Numbered from the stretch's first letter, positions 49,892 through 60,209 are shown. The stretch: 64,000 bases of DNA from an uncultured Butyrivibrio sp. (GCA_964441705.1 CAYTWF010000001.1:42163-106162); one strand, 5' to 3'. The notes: generated by a model not told the origin, from the letters alone. A program made the numbers and translations.

Positions 49892-51304
49892 ATGAAGTTG
49901 AAAAAATTAATAGCTGGTGCTGCTGTATGCGCTATGATGTTACCACTCATCGCCTGCAGCAAAACAACCGGCTCAGGTGATGCAGGAAAGGACGATAACA
50001 AGTCTACTGCAGATGCTGGCTCAGAGAAAACATACAAGGATGAGGATGGCAAGCTTGTTATTTGGACTTTAGCTGATGACTTAAAGACATTCGGTGATAA
50101 GTTCCAGGAGGAGACAGGAATTGAAGTTGAGACAGTTGTTATTCAGCCAGCTGATTACCCAACCAAGATTCAGACAGCATTACTTGCTGGAGAGAAAGAA
50201 CCAGATATTATCGTTGGTGAGCCACAGATGCTCGAAGATTTCTATGATGCAGGTTTCTTTGAAGACCTGAATCAGGCTCCATACAATGCACAGGATTATG
50301 CAGATAAGATTGTTGATTATGTATGGAAAGTTGGACAGGACAAGGACGGAGTTCAGAGAGCAATCTCTTATCAGATTACACCAGCAGGTATCTACTATCG
50401 TAGAGACATTGCAAAGGATGTATTCGGAACAGATGATCCAGACGAAGTTGGTAAGTTATTTGCAGATTATGACACTATCCTTGAAACAGCTCAGACTCTT
50501 AAGGATAAGGGTTACAGAATCTTCGCATCAGATGCAGAGATTAACTACTTCTCAGGTGACTCAGCTTGGGTTATCGACGGAGCTTTAAATGTAGATCAGG
50601 GTAGACTTGATTACATGGATCTTTGTGTAGAGCTTTATCAGCAGGATTTAACTGCTTATGCAGCACAGTGGGCAACTCCTTGGTATCAGGCTATGGCTGG
50701 AGAGGTTCCTCTTTTAACAGCTGATACTCAGTGGGGAACAGATGTCATGGACATCTGGGATGAGGAATCATTCAACACAGCAACTGAAGGTATGGAGAAA
50801 ACAGAGGTATTCGCATTCGGACTTCCTGCATGGGGCGTTCTTACAATGAGAGATCATGTAGGCGACACAAGCGGTAAGTGGGGTGTATGTGCTGGACCAG
50901 CTTATGGTTTTGGTGGTGGTACATATATCGGTATTTCATCACAGTCTAACAGAAAGCTTACAGCTTGGGAATTCCTTAAGTTCTGTACTCTTGATGAAGA
51001 GACAGCTGACTGGTGGATTGAGACATCAGAAGGTGATACAGTTTCACTTATCTCTGCTCTTGAGAAGCACAAAGATGATGCTAATGAAGTATACGGCGGA
51101 GAGAAATTATATGCATTCTGGCTTGATCAGGCTAAGGGCATTGATTACTCAAAGGTAACAAGATATGACAAGGCTATCGGCGATGCTTGGGGCAGTGCAA
51201 TTTCAGCTATCAAAGCAAAAGAGAAATCAAAGGAAGATGCTATCAACGAGTTCTATGACTTAGTTGCAGCAACGTATCCAGACTTAAAAATAACACGTGA
51301 ATAA
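49892..51304 (+). CDS. Carbohydrate ABC transporter substrate-binding lipoprotein
   Basis: Lipobox 'LIAC', 'FQEETGIEVE', 'PDII', 'YYRRDI', 'GGGTYIGI'; RBS AGGAGG. Confidence 0.9.
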   Translation: MKLKKLIAGAAVCAMMLPLIACSKTTGSGDAGKDDNKSTADAGSEKTYKDEDGKLVIWTLADDLKTFGDKFQEETGIEVETVVIQPADYPTKIQTALLAGEKEPDIIVGEPQMLEDFYDAGFFEDLNQAPYNAQDYADKIVDYVWKVGQDKDGVQRAISYQITPAGIYYRRDIAKDVFGTDDPDEVGKLFADYDTILETAQTLKDKGYRIFASDAEINYFSGDSAWVIDGALNVDQGRLDYMDLCVELYQQDLTAYAAQWATPWYQAMAGEVPLLTADTQWGTDVMDIWDEESFNTATEGMEKTEVFAFGLPAWGVLTMRDHVGDTSGKWGVCAGPAYGFGGGTYIGISSQSNRKLTAWEFLKFCTLDEETADWWIETSEGDTVSLISALEKHKDDANEVYGGEKLYAFWLDQAKGIDYSKVTRYDKAIGDAWGSAISAIKAKEKSKEDAINEFYDLVAATYPDLKITRE

Positions 51305-51320
51305 ATATCTGTTATTGAAA

Positions 51321-51348
51321 CACATAGGAGCTGTAAAGCTCCTATGTG
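51321..51348 (+). terminator. Hairpin after the binding-protein gene (partial terminator or stabiliser)
   Basis: CACATAGGAGCT-gtaa-AGCTCCTATGTG, perfect 12-bp stem. Confidence 0.7.
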
Positions 51349-51380
51349 ATTCTTAAAAAGGCAGAATGAGAGGTAGGTAT

Positions 51381-52343
51381 ATGAAAGACAAAGCAGTAGA
51401 AGCTTTTAGCGGTAAAAAAGTACCCAAGGCAAAAAGACTTAAAAAATACGATAGTACCGGTTATCTGTTTGTATTACCTTTTGTAATTGTATTTTGTATA
51501 TTCAGTGTTTATCCTGTACTCAGAACATTTTATTTAAGCTTTACAGATTACAGAGGATTCGGAGAAATGAATCCGGTTGGCTTTAAGAATTATATAAGAG
51601 TTTTTCACGATAAATACTTTAAAATAGCATTATGGAACACAGTAAGAATATGGGGTGTCAACATTGTACTTCAGCTTGGACTTGCATTCTTACTCACAAT
51701 TTTATTCAGTGACATTAAATACCGTATGAAGGGACTTGGAGTTTTCAGAGCATTATTCTATCTCCCTAACCTGATATCATGTGCCTCAGTTGCATTCTTA
51801 TTTAAGACACTGTTAGACTGGAGATATGGAACCGTTAATATTTTACTTAATCAGGTATATCAGTTCTTTGGAGTACATAAACAGCCTATTGACTGGATTG
51901 GTTCAGGTAACACAGCAGGCTATGTTATAGCAGTTATTTCATCCTGGATGTGGTTTGGTAACTCATTCATCATGTTGATGGCTGGTGTACAGGGAATTTC
52001 CAAGGATTATTTTGAAGCAGCTGCAATTGATGGAGCAGGACGCTGGAAGGTATTCGGAAAGATTACATTACCACTGTTAAAGCCAATTCTTATGTATGTA
52101 GCAATTACATCCCTGATTGGTGGACTCCAGATGTTCGATTTACCATATCTTATGGTAGAGCCTACAACAGCATCCTATGGCAAGGTTCAAACGGTTGTTA
52201 TGTACATGTATAAATATGGTTTCCAGGCAGGAACAACACAGGTTGGATATGCGTCGGCCATTGCATATGTACTGTTCATGATTATACTGGTTGTATCCGT
52301 AGTAGAATTCTTACTATTTAACAGAAAGGGGCAGGATAAATGA
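51381..52343 (+). CDS. Sugar ABC transporter permease (MalF/UgpA type)
   Basis: 'YLFVLPF', 'VGFKNY', EAA motif 'DYFEAAAIDGAGRWKVFGKITLPLLKP', 'GYASA'. Confidence 0.93.
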   Translation: MKDKAVEAFSGKKVPKAKRLKKYDSTGYLFVLPFVIVFCIFSVYPVLRTFYLSFTDYRGFGEMNPVGFKNYIRVFHDKYFKIALWNTVRIWGVNIVLQLGLAFLLTILFSDIKYRMKGLGVFRALFYLPNLISCASVAFLFKTLLDWRYGTVNILLNQVYQFFGVHKQPIDWIGSGNTAGYVIAVISSWMWFGNSFIMLMAGVQGISKDYFEAAAIDGAGRWKVFGKITLPLLKPILMYVAITSLIGGLQMFDLPYLMVEPTTASYGKVQTVVMYMYKYGFQAGTTQVGYASAIAYVLFMIILVVSVVEFLLFNRKGQDK

Positions 52344-53176
52344 AACGAGCAGGCTTTCATATAAAGAAGAGTATTTTATATATTTTACTTGTAATTTTGG
52401 CTGTTTCATGTCTCATTCCATTCCTGTTAATGACAGTCAATGCGACAAGAAGTGGTTCAGAGATAGCAACATCATTTACATTGATTCCTGGACATAGTAT
52501 TAAGGATAACTGGAATACAGTTTCCAAATATTTTAATCTGTTCAGAGGAATGCTTAACAGCCTTATTATTGCAGTACCATCAACACTGTTAACAGCATAT
52601 TTTTCATCGTTAACAGCATATGGACTTGCAATGTACAAATTCAAAGGCAACAAGGTTTTATTTACAATAATTATCGTATTCATGATGATTCCGGGACAGC
52701 TTGGATTAATTGGTTTCTACAACTTATGTACAAAGTTAAAGCTTGTTAACTCATACATACCACTTATTATTCCAGCAATAGCTTCACCTGGTACAGTATT
52801 TTTCTTAAGACAGTATATACTTGCAGCGCTTCCGCCACAGCTTATAGAAGCAGCAAGAATTGATGGTGCGACTGAGATTCATTCGTTCCATAGAATAGTT
52901 ATTCCGGTTATTTCACCGGGTATTGCAACAATGTCAATTATGGGATTCATTGGAAGCTGGAATTCATATCTTGTTCCTATGATACTCCTTACTGACAAGA
53001 ACAAATTCCCACTGCCAGTAATGGTAGCAACCCTGCGAGCGTCAACTGATATTAATGCTAATCAGGGTGCCATATATCTGTCAGTAGCAATTTCGGTACT
53101 GCCAATTATAATTGTGTTTGCTTTCTGTTCTAAGTACATTATCAGCAGTATATCTGAAGGAAGCGTAAAAGGTTAA
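52340..53176 (+). CDS. Sugar ABC transporter permease (MalG/UgpE type)
   Basis: 'NSLIIA', 'MMIPGQ', EAA motif 'LIEAARIDGA', 'FIGSWNSY', 'GSVKG'. Confidence 0.93.
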   Translation: MKRAGFHIKKSILYILLVILAVSCLIPFLLMTVNATRSGSEIATSFTLIPGHSIKDNWNTVSKYFNLFRGMLNSLIIAVPSTLLTAYFSSLTAYGLAMYKFKGNKVLFTIIIVFMMIPGQLGLIGFYNLCTKLKLVNSYIPLIIPAIASPGTVFFLRQYILAALPPQLIEAARIDGATEIHSFHRIVIPVISPGIATMSIMGFIGSWNSYLVPMILLTDKNKFPLPVMVATLRASTDINANQGAIYLSVAISVLPIIIVFAFCSKYIISSISEGSVKG

Positions 53177-53204
53177 ATTTTTTTCATATATATACCCCCT
53201 CACA

Positions 53205-53240
53205 TGCAAGGCGTTAGTAAAAAAATACTAACGTCTTGTA
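53205..53240 (+). terminator. Intrinsic terminator after the permeases
   Basis: TGCAAGGCGTTAGTA-aaaaaa-TACTAACGTCTTGTA followed by a T-rich tail. Confidence 0.65.
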
Positions 53241-53307
53241 TATTTTTATTTGTTTTTATGGTATAATTGACACATATATATTGTGTCATATAAGAATGGA
53301 GATTTTT

Positions 53308-54933
53308 ATGAAATTAATGAGAATGACAAGTGCATTGATGGCTGTAATGCTTTTATTGTGTGGTTGCAGAAGGACTTCTGGTGATGGTAAGCCTACGGAT
53401 GGCGATAATCAGAATAGTACAGAAGAACAGCTGGCATGGCAGAAGTATGCAGATACACCTGTAACCTTTGACTGGTATATTAACTATTCCTGGTATTCAA
53501 CACCTTGGGGTGGCAATCTTGTTTCGGATACAATTACAGAGGAGACAGGCGTAAGCATTAATTTCATAACGCCTATGGGGAATGAAGCCGAGAAGCTTCA
53601 GTCACTTATAGCATCTGATTCACTGCCTGATATTATTACCCTTGGATGGTGGGAACCTGAGATAAGCGATATGATTAAGCAGGACAAGGTGTATGCACTT
53701 AATGAGCTTGCGGATAAGTATGATATGTATTTTTATCAGGTTACTGACCCTCAGATTGTAAGCTGGTATACTCAGTCCGATGGTAATATATATGCTTATC
53801 CTAATTCATCGATTTCACCTAAGGAGCTGGAGAGTCACGATAATATTGGTTCCAACCAGACATTTCTCGTTAGAAAGGATATATATGAGGCTATTGGAAG
53901 CCCGGATATGTCTACAGTTGAGGGCTTTGAGGCAGCAGTACGCAAGGCTGTAGAGATGTTTCCTGATGTGGATGGTGAACCTTTGATTCCTATAGGAGCA
54001 CATGAATTTACTAATGAGGGTAATTCCTCATTTGACCAGTATCTTATGAATTTTCTTGCTATTCCTTTTGAAAAGAATGGGATTATATATGACAGGCATA
54101 CTGACCCGGAATATCTAAAATGGCTTAAGGCATTTAGGCAGCTGGCTTCAGAAGGATATCTTTCAGATGATATTTTTGTTGATTCAAGAACGCAGATGGA
54201 AGAGAAAATTGCAGATGGAAGATATTTCTGTATGATTTATCAATACACAGATATGCTGGCACAGCAGAAGGAGCTTAACGCCAAAGAGCCTGATAAGATA
54301 TACATAGCAGTTGAAGGTCCGCACAATTCCAATGGAGACGACCCAACACTGCCGGTTACAAGTATTAATGGATGGACAGTAACCTTAATTAGCAAGAACT
54401 GTAAGGAGCCGGACAGAGCCATTGCTTTTATTGACTATATGATGAGTGAACGTGGACAGAAAATTGTGTATCTGGGAGTTGAGGGCGAGACCTATGATAT
54501 GGTTGATGGTGTTCCTGTTATGAAGGAGGAGGCTAAAGAGCTGCTTAACAGTGACAGAACTGCCTATGATAAAAAATACGGCGCAGATAATGCTTACTGG
54601 ATGTTTCAGAATATAGTAATGCAGCTTCAGTGGGAGCAGAAGGCAATCCCTGCAATACAGCAGCTTAAGGAATGGGGATATAAGTATGCCATGTCCAACA
54701 GTCAGTATGATGCGGTACTTCCTGCTGATTCACAAGGAGCCAAGATTGATGCAGCAATTAAAGCCCTTTGGGAGAAAACACTGGTTAATCTGCTGTTGTC
54801 AGAGAATGATAATGAATTTGACCAGATATTAAGTGACTTTGTACAGGAACGAGAGGAGCTTGGATATGCTGAGCTCATTAAGGAGAGTACAGAGCAGATG
54901 AATAAAGTAAAGGAAAAGCTGGGCATTGAATAA
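53308..54933 (+). CDS. Second extracellular solute-binding lipoprotein (probable sensor partner of the kinase)
   Basis: Lipobox 'LCGC', 'ITEETGVSINF', 'IASDSLPDII', 'DGNIYAYP', 'VRKD'; overlaps the downstream kinase start. Confidence 0.85.
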   Translation: MKLMRMTSALMAVMLLLCGCRRTSGDGKPTDGDNQNSTEEQLAWQKYADTPVTFDWYINYSWYSTPWGGNLVSDTITEETGVSINFITPMGNEAEKLQSLIASDSLPDIITLGWWEPEISDMIKQDKVYALNELADKYDMYFYQVTDPQIVSWYTQSDGNIYAYPNSSISPKELESHDNIGSNQTFLVRKDIYEAIGSPDMSTVEGFEAAVRKAVEMFPDVDGEPLIPIGAHEFTNEGNSSFDQYLMNFLAIPFEKNGIIYDRHTDPEYLKWLKAFRQLASEGYLSDDIFVDSRTQMEEKIADGRYFCMIYQYTDMLAQQKELNAKEPDKIYIAVEGPHNSNGDDPTLPVTSINGWTVTLISKNCKEPDRAIAFIDYMMSERGQKIVYLGVEGETYDMVDGVPVMKEEAKELLNSDRTAYDKKYGADNAYWMFQNIVMQLQWEQKAIPAIQQLKEWGYKYAMSNSQYDAVLPADSQGAKIDAAIKALWEKTLVNLLLSENDNEFDQILSDFVQEREELGYAELIKESTEQMNKVKEKLGIE

Positions 54934-56728
54934 ATTTAAAAAATGGTTTGACAGATTACCCCTTAATTACAAATTTTCTTCTTTGATTCTGGCGTTAATG
55001 GTTGTTCCCATTGCTATTTTATCCGGAATACTTTTTGCGGTTATGGAAGGCAATGAGGTAGAAGCTCATAAGAGCAATATGGATTACGATATTGATATTA
55101 ATGAATCAGCAATGTATTCCAAAATAGAATCATTAACAATGACTACACAGTTTTTTTTAAGTGACAGCCTGCTTGTGAAGACCCTTAATAGCGAATATCT
55201 TAATAAAACACAGAGTATACAGGAGGTTGTTCAGTTTAAGGAATATACAATTTCGTCTTTGGAGCGAATGGTTAACAGTAATCCGCTTTTGTATGGTGTA
55301 CGTGTCTATTCACAGGCTGATAAGGTGCAGGAAATAATGCCCATTGTATACAATAAGGAGAGGATGACAAAGCAGGATTGGGCTTTAAAGGAAGATTTTT
55401 ACGGATGGAATTTTGATTATAAGGATAATATTTTTACATCATATTCTGTTAAACAGGATGATAATATACTGTCATTGATTACTCCAATTGAAAATGACCG
55501 TAATCAGATTATTGGCATTATAGAGGCTGCAATGACAATGAAGGATATGTTTCCAACACTGTATTCAGATATTCCTAATGAGATTAGCTTTTATGTAACA
55601 GATAATGGAGATATTATCTATGGAACAGACAGTCAGAATGTTGTGGATGAATTTAGTCAGAATATTATTGTTGGTAAAAAAACCAATAATCACAAGGTTG
55701 AGTATATAAAAACAAATCATAAGAAGTTTGTTGTTTCATATCTTTCTGTGCCAACTCTTGGTGGAACGATTGTATGTGTAAGCGATATTACAAGTGATAT
55801 ACAGCATATCTATTTTATGCGTAATATTTTCATTGCCATTATGCTTGCACTGCTCACAGGAATGTTCTTTGTTGTTAACGGAATTGTCAAAAATCTTTTA
55901 AAGCAGCTGTATTCAATTCTTGGAACAATTCGTATGGTTCAGGCAGGTAACCTAGAGGTTACAATAGAGAATTGTGGTGAGGATGAGATGGGAGAGCTTG
56001 GAAGGCAGCTTAACACCATGCTTTTTGAGATTAGGCAGCTGATGAAGGATAATCTGGACAGAGAGATGCTTATTAAGAATTCAGAGATAAGGGCATTACA
56101 GAACCAGATTAATGCGCATTTCATATATAATGTGCTGGAGTCCATTAAGATGATGGCAGAGATTAATGAGGAATATGATATTTCTGACGCTGTTACGGCT
56201 CTTGGAAAGCTGCTTAGATACAGTATGAAATGGACAACCAACACGGTTAAGATTGAACAGGAAATGGAATATATTAAGAACTACATGGCCCTTATTAATC
56301 TCAGGTATGACTACGAGATATTTTTATCTGTCAATATACCGGATTATATTATGAAGCAGGAGATTCCTAAGATGACCCTGCAGCCAATTGTGGAGAATGC
56401 CATATGCCATGGAATTGAGGAGATAGCAGAGGATTCCAATATATATATTAAGGGCAGAATGGAAGGCAGTGACTGTATTATTGAGATTACTGACCCGGGA
56501 AGAGGAATGACAGAGCTTGAGGTTGACCAGCTGGAGAAAAAAATTGCCGGAAAGCTTGACTCTAATGGGGGCTCCGGGAATGGAATTGGTCTTAAAAATG
56601 TACAGGACAGAATACAGATTGCTTTTGGACCAAAGTATGGAATAAGTATTGCATCAAGAAAAGGTCTGTATACCAAAATAATTGTCAAAATACCTGTGAC
56701 ACATACAGGAGAGAAGAAAAACAGTTAG
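54926..56728 (+). CDS. YesM/LytS-type sensor histidine kinase
   Basis: 2 TM helices + HAMP 'DEMGEL', 'ALQNQINAHFIYNVLE', 'LLRYS', 'LQPIVENAICHG', 'GIGLKNVQDRI'; TTG start. Confidence 0.92.
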   Translation: MNKFKKWFDRLPLNYKFSSLILALMVVPIAILSGILFAVMEGNEVEAHKSNMDYDIDINESAMYSKIESLTMTTQFFLSDSLLVKTLNSEYLNKTQSIQEVVQFKEYTISSLERMVNSNPLLYGVRVYSQADKVQEIMPIVYNKERMTKQDWALKEDFYGWNFDYKDNIFTSYSVKQDDNILSLITPIENDRNQIIGIIEAAMTMKDMFPTLYSDIPNEISFYVTDNGDIIYGTDSQNVVDEFSQNIIVGKKTNNHKVEYIKTNHKKFVVSYLSVPTLGGTIVCVSDITSDIQHIYFMRNIFIAIMLALLTGMFFVVNGIVKNLLKQLYSILGTIRMVQAGNLEVTIENCGEDEMGELGRQLNTMLFEIRQLMKDNLDREMLIKNSEIRALQNQINAHFIYNVLESIKMMAEINEEYDISDAVTALGKLLRYSMKWTTNTVKIEQEMEYIKNYMALINLRYDYEIFLSVNIPDYIMKQEIPKMTLQPIVENAICHGIEEIAEDSNIYIKGRMEGSDCIIEITDPGRGMTELEVDQLEKKIAGKLDSNGGSGNGIGLKNVQDRIQIAFGPKYGISIASRKGLYTKIIVKIPVTHTGEKKNS

Positions 56729-56746
56729 TCAGAAACGGAGAGATTT

Positions 56747-58213
56747 ATGAAAACAGTATTAATTGTGGAAGATGAGAAGATGATACGTCAGGGAATCAAA
56801 GCAATGATATTAAGAAGTGGAGTCCCTGTAGACACAGTGATTGAATGCAGTAATGGGGAAATGGCATTGGATGTGCTGATGACGCAGATGGTAGACGTTA
56901 TGTTTACGGATATACGTATGCCTAAAATGGATGGAATAGAGCTTGTAGAGAGAATGCACGAGTGCCCACATGTGCCGCTTACTGTGGCAATAAGCGGATA
57001 TGATGATTTTTCATATGCAGTTGCAATGATGAGAAATGGTGTCAGCGAATACATTCTTAAGCCCGTAGAGAGAGCCAAGATAAAAGAAGTGCTTGAGCGA
57101 CTTGAAGGTATAATAGAGAAACGTGAAAAAAATAACGAGGTTATGCAGGAAATTGGACAGCAGCAGCTTAGGCAGATAATAAGTGGAAATTGTACAGAGG
57201 CTGATATTGAGAATATAGAAAGTCAGTATTCCAATACCTATATTAGCAGTGAATACAGAATATGCTGTGCGCCTGTGAACAAAATGGGTGTTCACAATGA
57301 CGAGAGATGTATATATATAGATAATGTTGATGATATGGATGTGTATATTATCAGGGAGAAAAATCTTGAACAGCTGCTTAATAACGATTTGAAGAACAAT
57401 TATCCTGGAATCAGCCTTACACATACAGGAATGAAGGAGCTGAGAGCAGCATATGAGGAGGCACAGCTGGCAAGGAAAACAGCCTTTTGCCAGAATATTA
57501 ACCCGTTCTATTACGGAACTGAGGAGATAAAGGTACCTGAAAAGCTTGCTAAAGACGCTAAAGCGCAGCTTGAGGAAGCTGAGATTATTAAGAAGGTTCA
57601 AATAATTGGAACAGATAGGACAGAAGACCTTGTCAAGAATTGGAAAAGCTTTTTCTTTGATGTAGAAAAGAAAAGAATTGATGAAGATGAATTTATGAGA
57701 TTTATAACATTCTTTTTCTCGGAGGTGCAAAATCTTTATAAAAATATTTTAACTGATGAAGAGGTATTATCTGAAATAACAGTCCCGTGGAACTATGACT
57801 GTCTTGATAGTTATAAAGATGCGTTGATTGATTTTGTGCTTAGCCTTCACAGAACCATTAATGACCAGTATGAGATTAATAAGAATCAGCAGAAAATACA
57901 GCAGGCTATCAAATATATTGATGAGAATTATACCAGTGATTTAAATATGGCAGTTGTTTCCAATAACTTTTCCATGAATTACTCATTGTTTTCTTCAGCA
58001 TTCAAACAGCAGACAGGAACCAATTTCGTTAACTACCTTAAGGAACTGAGAATGAAGGAGGCCAGAAGGCTTCTGGAAGAGACTGATATGAGAATTATTG
58101 AGATAAGCCAGAAGGTTGGATATGATAATGAAAAGCATTTTATGAAAAGCTTTAAGCAGACGCTGGGAGTATCACCAAGCGAGTATAGGAAAAATATGAA
58201 ACGGGAACTATAA
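56747..58213 (+). CDS. YesN-type response regulator (receiver + AraC HTH)
   Basis: 'LIVEDE', 'TDIRMPKMDG', 'SGYDDFSYA', 'YILKP'; C-terminal AraC 'FKQQTGTNF..YL', 'VGYDNEKHF', 'GVSPSEYR'. Confidence 0.93.
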   Translation: MKTVLIVEDEKMIRQGIKAMILRSGVPVDTVIECSNGEMALDVLMTQMVDVMFTDIRMPKMDGIELVERMHECPHVPLTVAISGYDDFSYAVAMMRNGVSEYILKPVERAKIKEVLERLEGIIEKREKNNEVMQEIGQQQLRQIISGNCTEADIENIESQYSNTYISSEYRICCAPVNKMGVHNDERCIYIDNVDDMDVYIIREKNLEQLLNNDLKNNYPGISLTHTGMKELRAAYEEAQLARKTAFCQNINPFYYGTEEIKVPEKLAKDAKAQLEEAEIIKKVQIIGTDRTEDLVKNWKSFFFDVEKKRIDEDEFMRFITFFFSEVQNLYKNILTDEEVLSEITVPWNYDCLDSYKDALIDFVLSLHRTINDQYEINKNQQKIQQAIKYIDENYTSDLNMAVVSNNFSMNYSLFSSAFKQQTGTNFVNYLKELRMKEARRLLEETDMRIIEISQKVGYDNEKHFMKSFKQTLGVSPSEYRKNMKREL

Positions 58214-58214
58214 T

Positions 58215-58257
58215 AAAAACCTTCTCTATGCTTTACGCAAGCACAGAGAAGGTTTTT
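58215..58257. terminator. Bidirectional terminator
   Basis: AAAAACCTTCTCTATGCTT...AAGCACAGAGAAGGTTTTT between convergent genes. Confidence 0.85.
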
Positions 58258-58270
58258 GACATCAATCAGA

Positions 58271-60178
58271 TTATTGAGCTTTTTTTGTTTTTTTCTGCTC
58301 ATACATGTTTTTGTCTGCTATCTGGAGCAGTTCTTCAATGGCATCCTGGGAATAATTAAATGTATCATCGGACAAGGCATATCCACCACTTACGGAGATG
58401 GTATATTCTTTGGTGCTGAGGTTGTTGTAATTAATAAGATATTTCTCTACTCTGGATAATAATGTCATCGCCTTATCATCATCATAATCTGTTCCAATTA
58501 AATAGAATTCGTCACCACTGAAATGGGAACATATATCATCAGGCTTAATAACACTGCATAGGGCATGAGCAATAACCTGAATGGCAAAATCACCCTCAAT
58601 GTGACCATAATTGTCATTAATTCCCTTAAGACCGTCAAGGTCAAACACAAAACAGGAAACAGGCTCTTTATTAATTGAGGATTTTTCAAGGAATGCATCA
58701 ATTATATTAAGGTAGCCGTGTTTATTATACAGGTTTGTCATAGGGTCACGCATATATACTGCCTCCAAACGCTTGGCGAGGATAGCAGTGTGCTTGGCAT
58801 CACGAAGACGCTGGAGCATCTGACTTACATTCATGAACCAGTTCACAAGTGCCAGGTGGTAGTCAAGCTGACCATCAGTGAAAGCCATAGCAGCGTATCC
58901 AAAGGTATGATCCATAAAATACAGTGGAGTATATACATAGTTGGAATCTGAAAATTCTGTAACCATATCAGGCAGCAGATTCTCAATTCTATAGCTGCAT
59001 TCCGGTAATCTTTTACCATTGCGGATTCCCAGCTTCATAATCATGTGCCTTGACCTGCTGTCAATATCATCAGAGTCCGTGAGCTTCATCATGGAATCTG
59101 ACATGGAATCCCAGTCAGAGTACAGACAAAGGTAGAATTCACTGCAATTCTCAAACAGATATGTATAATCCTCAAGAGCATCCATACAGTCATCAATATT
59201 AAAAATCTGCTGAAAGGTATTGACCATTCTTATGGAGCTGAACATATTGCTTTCAAGTCGTTCAATACGGGAAGAAAGCATACGATAACGCTTAATGGAG
59301 TTACTTTTATGCTTTAAAGGGCAGCCACAGGAGGTTCCATACAGCACCTCCGAATATATTGTTGATACAGGCGGAACCTCTTCATTATGGAAAAGGGCAA
59401 CAAGCTCATCAACAGTCTTGGCACCCAACTCATAGGATGGAAAGCTTACAGTGGTAAGACTTGGAGTAATATTCTGTCCATCGCTTAGATTATCACAGCC
59501 TGTAACGGCAAAATCATCAGGTATTGAATAACCTCTTTGTGTGGCCACAGATAAAAGATGCAGAGCTATTCTGTCGTTGTAGCATACAACAGCATCTATT
59601 GGTCGTTTATCCTGCAAAAAGAAATCCAGAGCCTCATCTGCACTTTCCTCTGAATATACAGCCTCAAATACGTCATGACGTCCAATTGAAAGTGAACGTG
59701 ACTGCATGGCATCAGTATAATAGTGGTTGCGCAAATCAGAGAAGTATTTTTCTGTGCTGCAGCCAAGATAGCAGATTCTCTTGCAGTTATGAACATCTGC
59801 AAGATGTTCAACCAGCTCGGCAGTATTCTTGTTATTATCCACATATACTGTTGGATATGAGGTGTCATTGGGAGAAATCTGAACAATATGGCAATGGCAC
59901 CTTTCATGCAGTATGTCATATATGTGCTGACGGAGTGCATCGGATACAAAGGTGTCAAATGCGAAAATAATACCTTTGAAATTATCAAAATCCAATGTCT
60001 CCAGAATGGCAGATTCATTAAGGTCACTGGAACCTAAATCTTCACCATCCATAAATTCAAATACTTCTGAGTTATAACCGTATTTTAATGCAGTGTCCAT
60101 AATTCCCTGACATACATTTTTCTGAAAATCACCCATAAGGTGTGATATAAAAACACCTATTTTTTTCTTATTATACAT
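58271..60178 (-). CDS. GGDEF-domain protein with N-terminal LacI-type sugar-binding domain
   Basis: 'VYVDN', 'AVVCYND.IA', 'IPDDFAVTGCD', 'PSLTTV'; C-terminal 'DPMTNLYNK', 'DLDGLKGINDNYGHIEGD', 'HFSGDEF', 'ADKNMYEQK'. Confidence 0.88.
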   Translation of the reverse strand: MYNKKKIGVFISHLMGDFQKNVCQGIMDTALKYGYNSEVFEFMDGEDLGSSDLNESAILETLDFDNFKGIIFAFDTFVSDALRQHIYDILHERCHCHIVQISPNDTSYPTVYVDNNKNTAELVEHLADVHNCKRICYLGCSTEKYFSDLRNHYYTDAMQSRSLSIGRHDVFEAVYSEESADEALDFFLQDKRPIDAVVCYNDRIALHLLSVATQRGYSIPDDFAVTGCDNLSDGQNITPSLTTVSFPSYELGAKTVDELVALFHNEEVPPVSTIYSEVLYGTSCGCPLKHKSNSIKRYRMLSSRIERLESNMFSSIRMVNTFQQIFNIDDCMDALEDYTYLFENCSEFYLCLYSDWDSMSDSMMKLTDSDDIDSRSRHMIMKLGIRNGKRLPECSYRIENLLPDMVTEFSDSNYVYTPLYFMDHTFGYAAMAFTDGQLDYHLALVNWFMNVSQMLQRLRDAKHTAILAKRLEAVYMRDPMTNLYNKHGYLNIIDAFLEKSSINKEPVSCFVFDLDGLKGINDNYGHIEGDFAIQVIAHALCSVIKPDDICSHFSGDEFYLIGTDYDDDKAMTLLSRVEKYLINYNNLSTKEYTISVSGGYALSDDTFNYSQDAIEELLQIADKNMYEQKKTKKAQ

Positions 60179-60209
60179 TAAATCAACTGACCTCCGTTAT
60201 CATAATGAC

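Noticed and set aside
16214-57730. Long antisense ORFs (e.g. 16214-16891, 37888-38484, 43530-44165, 57011-57730)
   Set aside because: They lie opposite well-supported genes and show no motifs or RBS; shadow ORFs.
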